Positions 1-10,194 of a DNA stretch of 33,609 bases are shown here, piece after piece (position 1 is the stretch's first letter; every line of letters begins with the position of its first letter). Made by a program: the position numbers and the translations under genes. The stretch covers positions 31,249,310 through 31,282,918 of the forward strand of contig NC_069005.1 of assembly GCF_001194135.2 (NCBI RefSeq), in the 5' to 3' direction. The notes under the pieces were generated by a model. It saw only the letters and a program-made list of their open reading frames with translations. It searched no databases and was not told where the DNA came from. This DNA is from Octopus bimaculoides (taxonomy: Eukaryota).

Positions 1-293
1 AACAGTTTCCAGTTTTTCTGGCTGTTCCAAAGAACAATATCTTTTATGTGTTTCTCAACGTGGAAAATAATGAATATTCTGTATTTCATTTATTTATTAT
101 TTTTTTCTTTTTGTGTATGTGTATGTGTGTGTGTGATGGAAGATTCAGAAGGATGTTAAACATCGCTTCCTCACCTCACAATGCAGATATATATCTGTGT
201 GTGTGAATGTGTGTGTCCTATTAATGATCAGAATGTGTTAAAAATAACATCTATAAATAGAAGCATAATCGATCTGTTTGTGTCTGTGTGTTT

Positions 294-347
<54 letters not shown>

Positions 348-639
348 CATACACGCATGTATACATATATGTGAATATATATATATATTTATGTGTGTGT
401 GTAGAGAGAGAGAGGTATATGTATGTGTATATATATTTACACACACACTCATAATATTGCTAATGTGTTTTCATCTCTTGTTATGCTCCATTTCTTTCAG
501 CTTCCCTAAACACTTCTGTTTACAATACTGTGTGTGTGTTTTATCGAAATATATGAATATAAAAGACACAGAAGCAGATAGTCAATGTTCACACTGCCAT
601 GTTTCAAAGAAAGCATGATAATAATATAATGAATGATAT

Positions 640-781
640 TCCTTTCTACTACAAACACAAGGCCTGAAATTTTGGTGGAGGGACCCAGTGGATTACATCG
701 ACCCCAGTGCATAACTGGTACTTATTTCATTTGCCCCCCCCCCATAAGGATGAAAGCCAAAGTCAACCATGGTGGAATTTG
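640..781 (-). mobile_element. SINE family A copy, 5'-truncated
   Basis: Reverse complement of the family A body (GCCTTTCATCC...AAGTACCAG...CTGGGGTCGATGTAATC...AGGCCTTGTG) seen in + strand copies at 9135-9585 and 20960-21130. Confidence 0.8.
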
Positions 782-908
782 CTCTGAGTTCAAATTCCGC
801 TGAGGTTGATTTTTGCCTTTCATTCCTTCAGGGGTCAATGTAATTGACTAGTTCCCTTCCCCAAAAAATTTCAGGCCTTGTGCCTATTGTAGAAAGGAAA
901 ATAATAGC

Positions 909-947
<39 letters not shown>

Positions 948-950
948 CCT
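782..950 (+). mobile_element. SINE family A copy, 5'-truncated and internally deleted, with (AAT)n tail
   Basis: B-box-like GAGTTCAAATTCC, then TTTGCCTTTCATTCC, CAGGCCTTGTGCCTATTGTAGAAAGG and an AAT repeat tail. Confidence 0.8.
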
Positions 951-1003
951 TTCTGTNNNNNNNNNNNNNNNNNNNNNNNNNNNNNNNNNNNNNNNNNNNN
1001 NNN

Positions 1004-1300
1004 TAGCCTCGGGCCGACCAAAGCCTTGTGAGTGGATTTGGTAGACGGAAACCGAAAGAAGCCTGTCGTATATATGTATATATATATATATGTGTATGTG
1101 TTTGTCCCCCCCAACATCGCTTGACAACCGATGCTGGTGTGTTTATGTCCCTGTCACTTAGCGGTTCGGCAAAAGAGACTGATAGAATAAGTACTAGGCT
1201 TGCAAAGAATAAGTCCCGGGGTCGATTTGCTCGACTAAAGGTGGTGCTCCGGCATGGCCGCAGTCAAATATGACTGAAACAAGTAAAAGAGTAAAAGAGT
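1004..1300 (+). mobile_element. SINE family B copy (head lost in the gap)
   Basis: GGGCCGACCAAAGCCTTGTGAGTGGATTTGGTAGACGGAAAC, internal TA/TG repeat, CGCTTGACAACCGATGCTGGTG...GGTGCTCCGGCATGGCCGCAGTC...ACTGAAACAAGTAAAAGAG; near-identical to the reverse complement of 19241-19703 and 26427-26855. Confidence 0.9.
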
Positions 1301-1301
1301 G

Positions 1302-1357
1302 TTATAGGCACAGGGCCTCAAATTCTCAGGGAGGGGACTAGTCAATTACACTGACCC
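1302..1357 (-). mobile_element. SINE family A 3' fragment
   Basis: Reverse complement of GTAATTGACTAGTCCCCTCCC...GGCCCTGTGCCTATA. Confidence 0.6.
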
Positions 1358-1374
1358 TTTCAGTTCTTTTAGTT

Positions 1375-1615
1375 TCTTTCTCCACCAAACTGAACAAGAC
1401 AATATTTACCTCCATATCAGCAAAGAGGCTATTGTACTTCAGGTCAGAATATTAAAATAAGGGAATAAGGAATTGTGTCATGAACCCCATTAGCTTACAG
1501 CTGTTTCTGCTACAAGATGCAATGCACTCGTAGTTGAGTGCTTGTGTATCAACCATATAGCTTCATCAGAGCTTCGTAAATGAACAGCTGTAAGCTAATA
1601 AAGTTCATGGCATGA
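1375..1615 (-). mobile_element. Penelope-like/retrozyme-type terminal fragment carrying a hammerhead motif and an inverted arm
   Basis: Contains the hammerhead motif at 1492-1573 and an imperfect inverted repeat of about 30 bp (1474-1505 vs 1582-1612). The PLE assignment rests on the known association of minimal hammerheads with PLEs; no RT is seen. Confidence 0.45.
1492..1573 (-). ncRNA. Minimal type I hammerhead ribozyme motif
   Basis: Minus strand reads AGCT-CTGATGA-[AGCTA...TAGCA]-GAAA-C-AGCT-G-TA/AGCT. Full catalytic core, 4-bp stem I (AGCT/AGCT), palindromic stem III (CAGCTG), GUA cleavage triplet. The stem II closing pair is an A.A mismatch; stem II also holds a GCACTC/GAGTGC hairpin. 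Confidence 0.7.
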
Positions 1616-1735
1616 TCTCTTATTTCCCTGTCATTTATTTTATTTCTTATTACTGCTCTGTACTCAACTGATACTTCGTTCTGAAGCATTTGTATATCGA
1701 ATTCTAACACAATTAGTATTGCTATGCTTAAGCAA

Positions 1736-1772
<37 letters not shown>

Positions 1773-2580
1773 TAATATATACTATTGGTCTCTGTTGATT
1801 GACTTGACTTGTATATTATCTGGTATTTTTTTTTTTTGCTTCTTTCTGTATTGAATCAACAGTTTATTAACCCTCTTCCAATAAAACAATTTATCATCTT
1901 TTAACTAATGCTTTGTATTATAATCAACAATTTTTTTTGGTTACATATTTTTTTTTATATTAATCCCACATGCAAGCATATTTTTGTATATTAATTTGTT
2001 TTCTAATTGTCAAATGTTAATAATAACAACAACAACAGCATTTAGACAACCTGTTAATTGATATATCCAAGAGTTATGTATACCATTTCCATGCAGCATG
2101 GATCTATATATATGTGGTGTACATGTGAATGTATATTTGCGTCTGTGTATATATAAATATAAATATATATAGCATGTATGTGTGTGTATATGTGTTGATG
2201 AAAACCAATATCAATCCAGGGTTATAACAATCAGTATTTTAAGGTTATTTTTGTGTATGTAGGATACGAAACCACACTCTCCAGACTTGTTATGGGGCAT
2301 CGTTCTACACAAACAGCACTTTGAATTTTTTTTTTTTCTTCTCTTTCTAAATTTTTTTCTTTCCTTCTTTTTTTAAATTTCGAATAAAATAATCTAACCC
2401 TTAATATGTGCATATTTATATAAACTGATTTTAATTAATTTTTTTTTAACCTTGCTAATTGCTTGCTGCCTTCGTGATTAACATTTTTTTTGGTTTTGTT
2501 TTAATATCACCTGCTACTATCTGTATAAATGTGTGTGTATGTGTAAAATAGACATATATATATATATATATATGTATATA

Positions 2581-2803
2581 TGTGAGGTGGGAAGACTGAA
2601 AAGTTCCTGGCTTTAAGAGTACCATGAAAGGCCTGGCTGGAGGCCCAACCTTCCCAGTTCTTTTACAGGGCTTAGGAAAACTTAAGGACCATTGCAATAA
2701 ATGTTTGAATCTGAGAAGGGAATATGTTGAATAAAATCATAATTAACTGATCCTCCTGTATTTTCTCTTACCCAAAGCCAGGAACTTTTCAACACCCCTT
2801 GTA
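2581..2803 (+). mobile_element. Tc1/mariner-derived MITE
   Basis: TIR cores TGAAAAGTTCCTGGCTTT (2597-2614) and AAAGCCAGGAACTTTTCA (2774-2791), TA flanks, and internal remnant 2666-2734 QGLGKLKDHCNKCLNLRREYVE* resembling a mariner transposase C-terminus (GIxKLxxRWxKCVxxxGxYVE). Confidence 0.85.
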
Positions 2804-3142
2804 TATATTTTATATATGTGTATATATACATATATATATAGAGAGAGTGTGTGTGTGTGTGTGTGTGTTAATACCTATTATATTATTATGCACTAACCCT
2901 TTGTGTTTGTTAGTATTTTATTGTAATGTTCTTCTATTATTGTTGCAAAACTTAATTGCCGTCAACATTTTCTTCGTTATTTATGTATCTTCTGATTTGC
3001 CTTCTCTTCCTCCTCCTCCTCCTCCTCCATTTTCCCCCGTCCTCCTCTGCCCTTTGGTACCTACTGACTGTCATTGGCCCTTAAACCGAAAACTCCCACA
3101 TCACAAGCTAATAAGAAGAAAGGACCTCTATACAGCAGACAT

Positions 3143-3235
3143 TTGAGCTGTTAGAAACGATAACCAAATAACCTCCTTCAAATCACTCCCCCTATAGTCT
3201 GCAAAGGGCACATTAGATAATGTTGTCCTACATGT
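3143..3235 (+). repeat. Unclassified dispersed repeat fragment (family E)
   Basis: CTGTTAGAAAC...CCAAAT...TCAAATCAC...AAAGGGCACATT resembles 6044-6105 (CTGCTAGAAATAACACCCAAATCTCAAATGGACACCC...AAAAAGGCATATT). Confidence 0.4.
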
Positions 3236-3277
3236 AAAATGTCGGAAACAAAAAAAAAGAAATGATGATGATGATGA

Positions 3278-3280
<3 letters not shown>

Positions 3281-3356
<76 letters not shown>
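3281..3356. repeat. (TA)n microsatellite, representative of many TA/CA/AAT/GAT runs across the window
   Basis: Directly visible; similar runs at 298-331, 12701-13030, 19480-19980 and 23720-23965. Confidence 0.95.
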
Positions 3357-3360
<4 letters not shown>

Positions 3361-3483
3361 TTACAAATTAAAAGGGTAAATATTTATCAATTTATTAATT
3401 TATTAATAAATCAACAATTAATAATTTTTTTCGGTATATGGTGAAGCAAATGCTTGCTGATCCCTTAATTATGTTTATATATA

Positions 3484-3527
<44 letters not shown>

Positions 3528-3764
3528 CACACATCTGTAAGTCATCTAAAAGTCCATATGTCAGGAAAGAGATGCACCCGTATATCTGTCTATAGAGTGG
3601 GTATATTATCTGAAGTGTACAGTTTTATATCAGAGGTGGCCGATGATGAGCGTAGGGTTACATAATTAGATTGTTGCTTAATACTTCGTTGTCCCCCATC
3701 ACGAAACCGAATGATAAGATCAGCCACGATAGATATATAATAATGTACACTTCAGATAATATAT

Positions 3765-3885
3765 ATCATCATCGTTTAACGTCCACTTTCCATGCTAGCA
3801 TGGGTTGGACGATTTGACTGAGGACTGGTGCAACCGGATGGCTACACCAGGCTCCAATCTAATTTGGCAGAGTTTCTACAGCTGG

Positions 3886-3887
<2 letters not shown>
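3765..3887 (-). mobile_element. SINE 3' tail type C fragment
   Basis: CATCATCGTTTAACGTCCACTTTCCATGCTAGCATGGGTTGGACG...TTTCTACAGCTGGAT; homologous to 14316-14500, 18530-18722 and the reverse complement of about 24950-25054. Confidence 0.75.
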
Positions 3888-3940
<53 letters not shown>

Positions 3941-3954
3941 CTCTCTGAATCCCC

Positions 3955-4142
3955 CATCTGTATTTCTTCTCTTATATCGACCTTGTGCATTCAGGATATG
4001 CTCTCACCATCTCTTTTCTCTCTTTCCAGCTGGGGAAGCCACGTACCTCCTCTTCAGCAAGATACCTGTTCCTGTTCCTCTATCATGTTTTCACCTCTCA
4101 TCACCTCAACTCAATACTTCACCCACCCACCCCTGCTCAGTT
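3955..4142 (-). repeat. Unclassified repeat family F, left arm of an inverted pair
   Basis: Reverse complement AACTGAGCAGGG...TATTGA...TGAAAACATGATAGAGGAACA...TCTTGCTGAAG...GCTTCCCCAGCTGGAAAGAGAG aligns with 4749-4890. Confidence 0.6.
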
Positions 4143-4748
4143 NNNNNNNNNNNNNNNNNNNNNNNNNNNNNNNNNNNNNNNNNNNNNNNNNNNNNNNNNN
4201 NNNNNNNNNNNNNNNNNNNNNNNNNNNNNNNNNNNNNNNNNNNNNNNNNNNNNNNNNNNNNNNNNNNNNNNNNNNNNNNNNNNNNNNNNNNNNNNNNNNN
4301 NNNNNNNNNNNNNNNNNNNNNNNNNNNNNNNNNNNNNNNNNNNNNNNNNNNNNNNNNNNNNNNNNNNNNNNNNNNNNNNNNNNNNNNNNNNNNNNNNNNN
4401 NNNNNNNNNNNNNNNNNNNNNNNNNNNNNNNNNNNNNNNNNNNNNNNNNNNNNNNNNNNNNNNNNNNNNNNNNNNNNNNNNNNNNNNNNNNNNNNNNNNN
4501 NNNNNNNNNNNNNNNNNNNNNNNNNNNNNNNNNNNNNNNNNNNNNNNNNNNNNNNNNNNNNNNNNNNNNNNNNNNNNNNNNNNNNNNNNNNNNNNNNNNN
4601 NNNNNNNNNNNNNNNNNNNNNNNNNNNNNNNNNNNNNNNNNNNNNNNNNNNNNNNNNNNNNNNNNNNNNNNNNNNNGGGGGGGGGGTTGTGGATCCAGCA
4701 TTAGTGAGTCACCATATAACTCAGAAGACAAGACCCCCGTCCCCTTCA

Positions 4749-4890
4749 ACTGAGCTGGGTGTACTATTGAAGGACCTGAAAGTATGGTAGAGGGACATAA
4801 GTTGTTGTCTTGCTGAAGGTGAATGCACAGCTTCCCCGTTTGGAAAGAAAGTGAGATGTGAGGTTTAGGTACAAATATGAGAGAATAAGG
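4749..4890 (+). repeat. Unclassified repeat family F, right arm of an inverted pair
   Basis: AACTGAGCTGGG...TATTGA...TGAAAGTATGGTAGAGGGACA...TCTTGCTGAAG...GCTTCCCCGTTTGGAAAGAAAG. Confidence 0.6.
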
Positions 4891-5571
4891 ATAGAGAAAC
4901 AGAAAAGGTGAGTGTTTTAGGGGGTACAAAAGTGTAACAGGCGATTAGAGATGGGGGACTAAGCTGGATGCAGTGAACACCAGTTTGGGGTTGGTGTTAA
5001 CGAACATTCATTCCATGAAAAGCATTTATTGTCTTTGTCTCTCTTCTCTTAAATCTAACGAAAACTCAAGCTAAACCAGGTGTCTTTTTTGTCTTTTTTT
5101 TTCCTTAATAATTGGTTTTAAAGATCTGATTTCATATCATTAAACTTATATGAGATAACTCTCCACCTGAATGGCATGCCACTCTGACACTGCCATATAT
5201 GCTGGTAGGTATTTGCGACAATCTGATGAACAGAGATAACATGGAATAAAAATGAGACCTGCTCAGATAATAACAGACAGCATGCACTGGGTTTGAACCC
5301 TTAACCTATCTACTTGGTGCACTTTACCTTTACACTATTCTCTTTTCCTAACCATTCTAATGAAACTCTTGCACTTCAAGACATGCTAACTGCACACCAT
5401 TTCCATTCAGACATAACCACTGCACCTGGCTCTCTGCAGCTCTGTACTTAAATGCATTCTTACATCTCAAGGTTTTTAGTCACCTCTGTTTGTGTAAGTA
5501 TCTTCTCTCTCTGCCAAGTCTGTTGATAACAATAATTAATTGCGCTTACAACTTTTCATACTTTAATATTG

Positions 5572-5702
5572 ATTTCTAACACAAGCACGAGGTCATACAT
5601 GTTTGGAAGGATTAAACCAACCCCAGTACTTCACTGGCACTTACATTATTCTGCTCCCTCTGGAGATGAAAAGCAAAACTGACCTTGGCAAGATTCAAAT
5701 TA
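5572..5702 (-). mobile_element. Old, diverged SINE family A copy
   Basis: ACCCCAGTACTTCACTGGCACTTA...GATGAAAAGCAAAACTGACCTTGGC matches the family A reverse complement with many substitutions. Confidence 0.55.
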
Positions 5703-6043
5703 ACAGCATGAGTCTATTTAAGAAAAGAAAGCCACAAGCTTTTATGCATGTATCTTCAGGAAATGAAAGACAGAGGTGGAAAATCTTGAATTTGATGGCC
5801 AAATTTAGAGAAATTTATCTCTTTTGAAAACACATTTAAAATATGCATCTATGCATCATTTGCTTAACAGAGAAGTTTCATATATGAAATCACACTATGG
5901 CTATTTCTTGAAGAGAGAGTTTATCCATATTCCTTTTCATGAATTACCACAAACTCTGATTCACAAACTATTTTTAAGACCACACCTAATGTTGTCATAT
6001 GAGTCAAGAAAGAAGTCGCTTTCATGGTTAATCTATCTGCTAG

Positions 6044-6105
6044 AAATAACACCCAAATCTCAAATGGACACCCTGCCATCTTAAAAAGGCATATTTGAAA
6101 TGACA
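6044..6105 (+). repeat. Unclassified dispersed repeat fragment (family E)
   Basis: Similarity to 3143-3235. Confidence 0.4.
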
Positions 6106-6961
6106 TCTTTAAATATATCTGGAAAAAGGAAAATATACAACAAGCATAGCTGGAACATTTTTGATCTTAAGATTAGGGTCTTCCTGACGCTGAAGAACAG
6201 TAACAGCAACAACTGATGTCATGTGATCTTCATGTTTAGCCAACCATCATTGCCTCCATTTTTTAACCTCCACTTAATGTCCACCAAGGATCATTCATAT
6301 TGACATGAATAGTTATGTGAAACTGCAGTTTGGATGTAACAGGCATAGCAAAAGATACACACCACATTGTCACACAAGCTGCTACGTTGGTTGTACACAA
6401 TGCTTTTAAGCCTCCGTTCCAAAAAGCTAAAATAAGATGATATCAAGTAAATAGAATTACTAAAAATCTTTTGAATATATAATGAACACAACTGAAGCTT
6501 TTAAATGGAACAAACATACTTGGTTACTCTCCATATTGGTTTCTTGGAATGAACAAACCCACCAACTGAAAGCTTTAAAAAAAATAATAAATAAATAAAT
6601 AAAATCTTGGCCTTTGACAGTCATAGATATCATCCTCTCCTCTGTTCTCATTACCCATAATCCCACAGCACTTGTTACTGCTACCACCTCATTTGATTTG
6701 TCTCCCTTATTGTTTTAAAGACAAGCATTGATAACACATATATACATACATACATATATATGTGTGTGTGTGCATTTGTGCATATTTGGTTTATTATACC
6801 TTTTTAACACTCTGGCCCCCATTGTTATCTTGCTGTGTTAATTAATCCTTATTCTGTTTATTGACCCCCTTTTTTGTTTCTTTTCTTTGCCTATTTCTGC
6901 TTCCTCTCTGTTTTCTTCCACCCTCTTCATTATTTATATATATAATACACACACACACATA

Positions 6962-6999
<38 letters not shown>

Positions 7000-7360
7000 C
7001 ACCATCCTTGCTTTATGAAAGGATTGCTTTCCGGGGAAAAAATCTTGCAGCAATGTGAAGTTTTGTGATGCTTAAAATATTCCATATTTGTCACGTTGCA
7101 AAACTCCAGGTTGCATCAGGAGGACCACAATGCCTTCATAACATGGGAGGATGTCGTATACGGTGACCATAAATTACCTTTACAATTTGAAAAATAAAGA
7201 TAACCCAGCTGAATTAATTGGAAAACATAGACAAAGAAAGTTTTATTAGAAACATCAAAACACTTCCACATTGACGCCATTGGTTACATACAAACACATC
7301 TAAACAATACAATAAATTGGAACAGTTGTAAAGATAATTTATGAACACCATCTATCTGTC

Positions 7361-7392
<32 letters not shown>

Positions 7393-8910
7393 TATAGTCT
7401 ACTGTTGCAGTATTGAGAGGATCAACAAAAATAAAACTACTCTACCCAGTGAATATTATTTCATACACACAGGATTTTAATGGGAGTTACTATAAGTTTC
7501 ATGCTTCTGGTAATACAATGGTCCGAGAAGCTTGTATAGAATACCAATGTATTATCAAGCAATCATTCAGATTAGTTGTGTTTCAAAGCCTGAATAATTG
7601 CCTGATAGTATACAACATGCTGTACAAGCTTGTCCAACTATCGAGCTATTAGAAACATGAAACTTACAGTAGCTTGCATTTAAATTCTGTGTATATTAAA
7701 TGATATATATATATACGTGTGTGTTTTATATATATATATATACTGTGTATTCCTCAACCATCATCTCTTGTCAACCTTTACCTGTAAGCCTTATCCATGT
7801 TAAACACTGCTTTTTTCCCGCTTCGCCTTGTTATATTTTGCAGATTGCACGTTTTTTTCGTTTGAAGACACAAGGAGTAAGTACTCTCTTATTCCTTCTA
7901 CTCTCTCTCTCTCTCTCTCTCTCCATTTCTATCTATTTTATCTCTGTGCTATTATAACTGCCTGCCTTTCTAGCTGAGCATCTAACAAGTCTGGTACATC
8001 AGGAAGGGGAAACATCAGGGGCTAATTTTGTTTTTGTCTTTTAATTGAAGCACAAACAGTTTCTAGGGAATATGCGTGTTGTGTGTGTGTCTGTGTGTGT
8101 GTGTGGTGGAGTTGAAGTACATTAATTGTTTTCATGGCGGTGATGATACAAGAGGGGCAACAAACAAGGGGGTTGTATATTGGACGCAAGATTGTGTTCC
8201 TTTTTTTTTTTTGGTGATTGGGAGGGTAGGGGGTTTCAATTTTTTTAATATTAAATTTTTAGTTCTGTCACCCACCCACCCTGCACCTGCTCTGCTGTAT
8301 GGGGTGTTGTTACTCTGCAACTCTTCCTCNNNNNNNNNNNNNNNNNNNNNNNNNNNNNNNNNNNNNNNNNNNNNNNNNNNNNNNNNNNNNNNNNNNNNNN
8401 NNNNNNNNNNNNNNNNNNNNNNNNNNNNNNNNNNNNNNNNNNNNNNNNNNNNNNNNNNNNNNNNNNNNNNNNNNNNNNNNNNNNNNNNNNNNNNNNNNNN
8501 NNNNNNNNNNNNNNNNNNNNNNNNNNNNNNNNNNNNNNNNNNNNNNNNNNNNNNNNNNNNNNNNNNNNNNNNNNNNNNNNNNNNNNNNNNNNNNNNNNNN
8601 NNNNNNNNNNNNNNNNNNNNNNNNNNNNNNNNNNNNNNNNNNNNNNNNNNNNNNNNNNNNNNNNNNNNNNNNNNNNNNNNNNNNNNNNNNNNNNNNNNNN
8701 NNNNNNNNNNNNNNNNNNNNNNNNNNNNNNNNNNNNNNNNNNNNNNNNNNNNNNNNNNNNNNNNNNNNNNNNNNNNNNNNNNNNNNNNNNNNNNNNNNNN
8801 NNNNNNNNNNNNNNNNNNNNNNNNNNNNNNNNNNNNNNNNNNNNNNNNNNNNNNNNNNNNNNNNNNNNNNNNNNNNNNNNNNNNNNNNNATTATTATTAT
8901 TATTATTATT

Positions 8911-9130
8911 AAGGCAGCAAGCTGGCAGAATTGATACTGTTTTGACATTCTGAGTTCAAATGCTGCTAAGGTTTGACTTTGCCTTTCATCCTTTTGGGGT
9001 TGATATAATAAGTACCAGTCAAGTACTGGGGTCAATGTAATTAACTGCCCCACCCTAAAACTTCAGGCCTTGTGCCTATAGTAGAAAGAACTGTTATTAT
9101 CATTATTATTACTACTACTACTACTACAAA
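8911..9130 (+). mobile_element. SINE family A copy (first of a tandem trimer)
   Basis: A-box-like AGCTGGCAGAA, B-box-like GAGTTCAAAT, family A body, TTA/CTA tail. Confidence 0.8.
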
Positions 9131-9134
9131 AAAC

Positions 9135-9343
9135 TGTCAGAATCGTTAGTATGCTAAATGAAAAGCTTAGCTGTGTTTTGAGTTCAAATTCCACCGAGGT
9201 CGACTTTGCCTTTCATCCTGTCGGGGTCGATAAATTAAGCATCAGTGATGTACTGGAGTTGATGTGATCGACTATTCCCCCTTCCCTCAAATTCCAGGCC
9301 TTGTGCCTATAGTAGAAGGGATTATTATTATTATTATTATTAC
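9135..9343 (+). mobile_element. SINE family A copy (second of the trimer)
   Basis: CTGTCAGAATCGTTAG...GAGTTCAAATTCCACCGAGGTCGACTTTGCCTTTCATCC...CAGGCCTTGTGCCTATAGTAGAAGG plus (ATT)n. Confidence 0.85.
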
Positions 9344-9344
9344 T

Positions 9345-9585
9345 AAGGCGATGAGCTGGCAGAACCATTAGCATGCAGGAGGAAATGCTTAGCAATATTT
9401 CGCCAGTCACTGTGTTCTGAGTTCAAATTCCGCCGAGGTCAACTTTGCCTATCGTCCTTTTGAGGTCAATAAATTAAGTACCAGTGAAACACTGGGGTCG
9501 CTGTAATCGACTAGTCCCCTCCCTACAAATATAAGGCCTTGTTTCTATAGCAGAAAAGATTATTATTATTACTACTACTACTACT
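9345..9585 (+). mobile_element. SINE family A copy, full length (third of the trimer)
   Basis: GGCGATGAGCTGGCAGAACC...GAGTTCAAATTCCGCCGAGGTC...AAATTAAGTACCAG...CTGGGGTCGCTGTAATCGACTAG plus (ATT)n(ACT)n. tRNA-like A and B boxes; the central GCCTTTCATCC...AAGTACCAG block resembles the Meta-type SINE domain as recalled. Confidence 0.9.
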
Positions 9586-9836
9586 TAAGTAGTTGAGGGT
9601 GATAATCGATATATATTCTTAATCATTTGTGTTTAACCCATTTTAACTAGCTTTTAGTGTTCATCCAGTTTAATATATTTCATTTCTTTCGATGATTGAT
9701 TAAATTCAATTATTCCAAATACAAATTAATGAGATTAATTAACAAATTATTTTTTTTAATATTATTTTGTTTCTTTAAATTACATTTACATTTATTTTTC
9801 TAATTGATTAACTTTATTATGTAAGTGTATGTCTGT

Positions 9837-9879
<43 letters not shown>

Positions 9880-10194
9880 TATGTATGTATATATACACAC
9901 GTATGTATGTATATATATGTATTTGTCTTTAACAAATTAGTGATCAAACAGACTGTATTGTCTTTGTAATATTTGTTGTCATGGTGATATCTATGTGATT
10001 TAATCTGCTAATATAGTGTCTGTACTTCATAAATATAACGATCTGTGTTTTGTGGACTCATTATTTCTATTGTATTGGTTCGGGTTTCACTTTCCAATGT
10101 ACGATTCTATATGTACGGTGGATCACACCTCACTTGCTATTTCTCTTTCATATTGTGTTTTCATTCTCCCCACCATGTATGACTCGGCCACTGC

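Noticed and set aside
3628-3730. Hammerhead-like CCGATGA...GAAAC
   Set aside because: The core is substituted, stem II does not close, and no valid cleavage triplet aligns with stem I.
4020-4066. Minus-strand CTGAAGA-GGAGG...CTTCC-CCAGCTG-GAAA
   Set aside because: GAAA is misplaced relative to the stem and there is no stem I partner; it is part of repeat family F.
3828-4929. Long ORFs containing X runs (also 8076-9053, 24046-24490, 27066-28166, 30399-32916)
   Set aside because: Open only because N gaps contain no stops.
6329-6440. Protein-like frame LDVTGIAKDTHHIVTQAATLVVHNAFKPPFQKAKIR*
   Set aside because: Weak acceptor, short and unrecognised.
9345-9435. tRNA genes at SINE heads (also 13246, 20965)
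   Set aside because: A and B boxes are present but there is no cloverleaf, and each runs into a SINE body.
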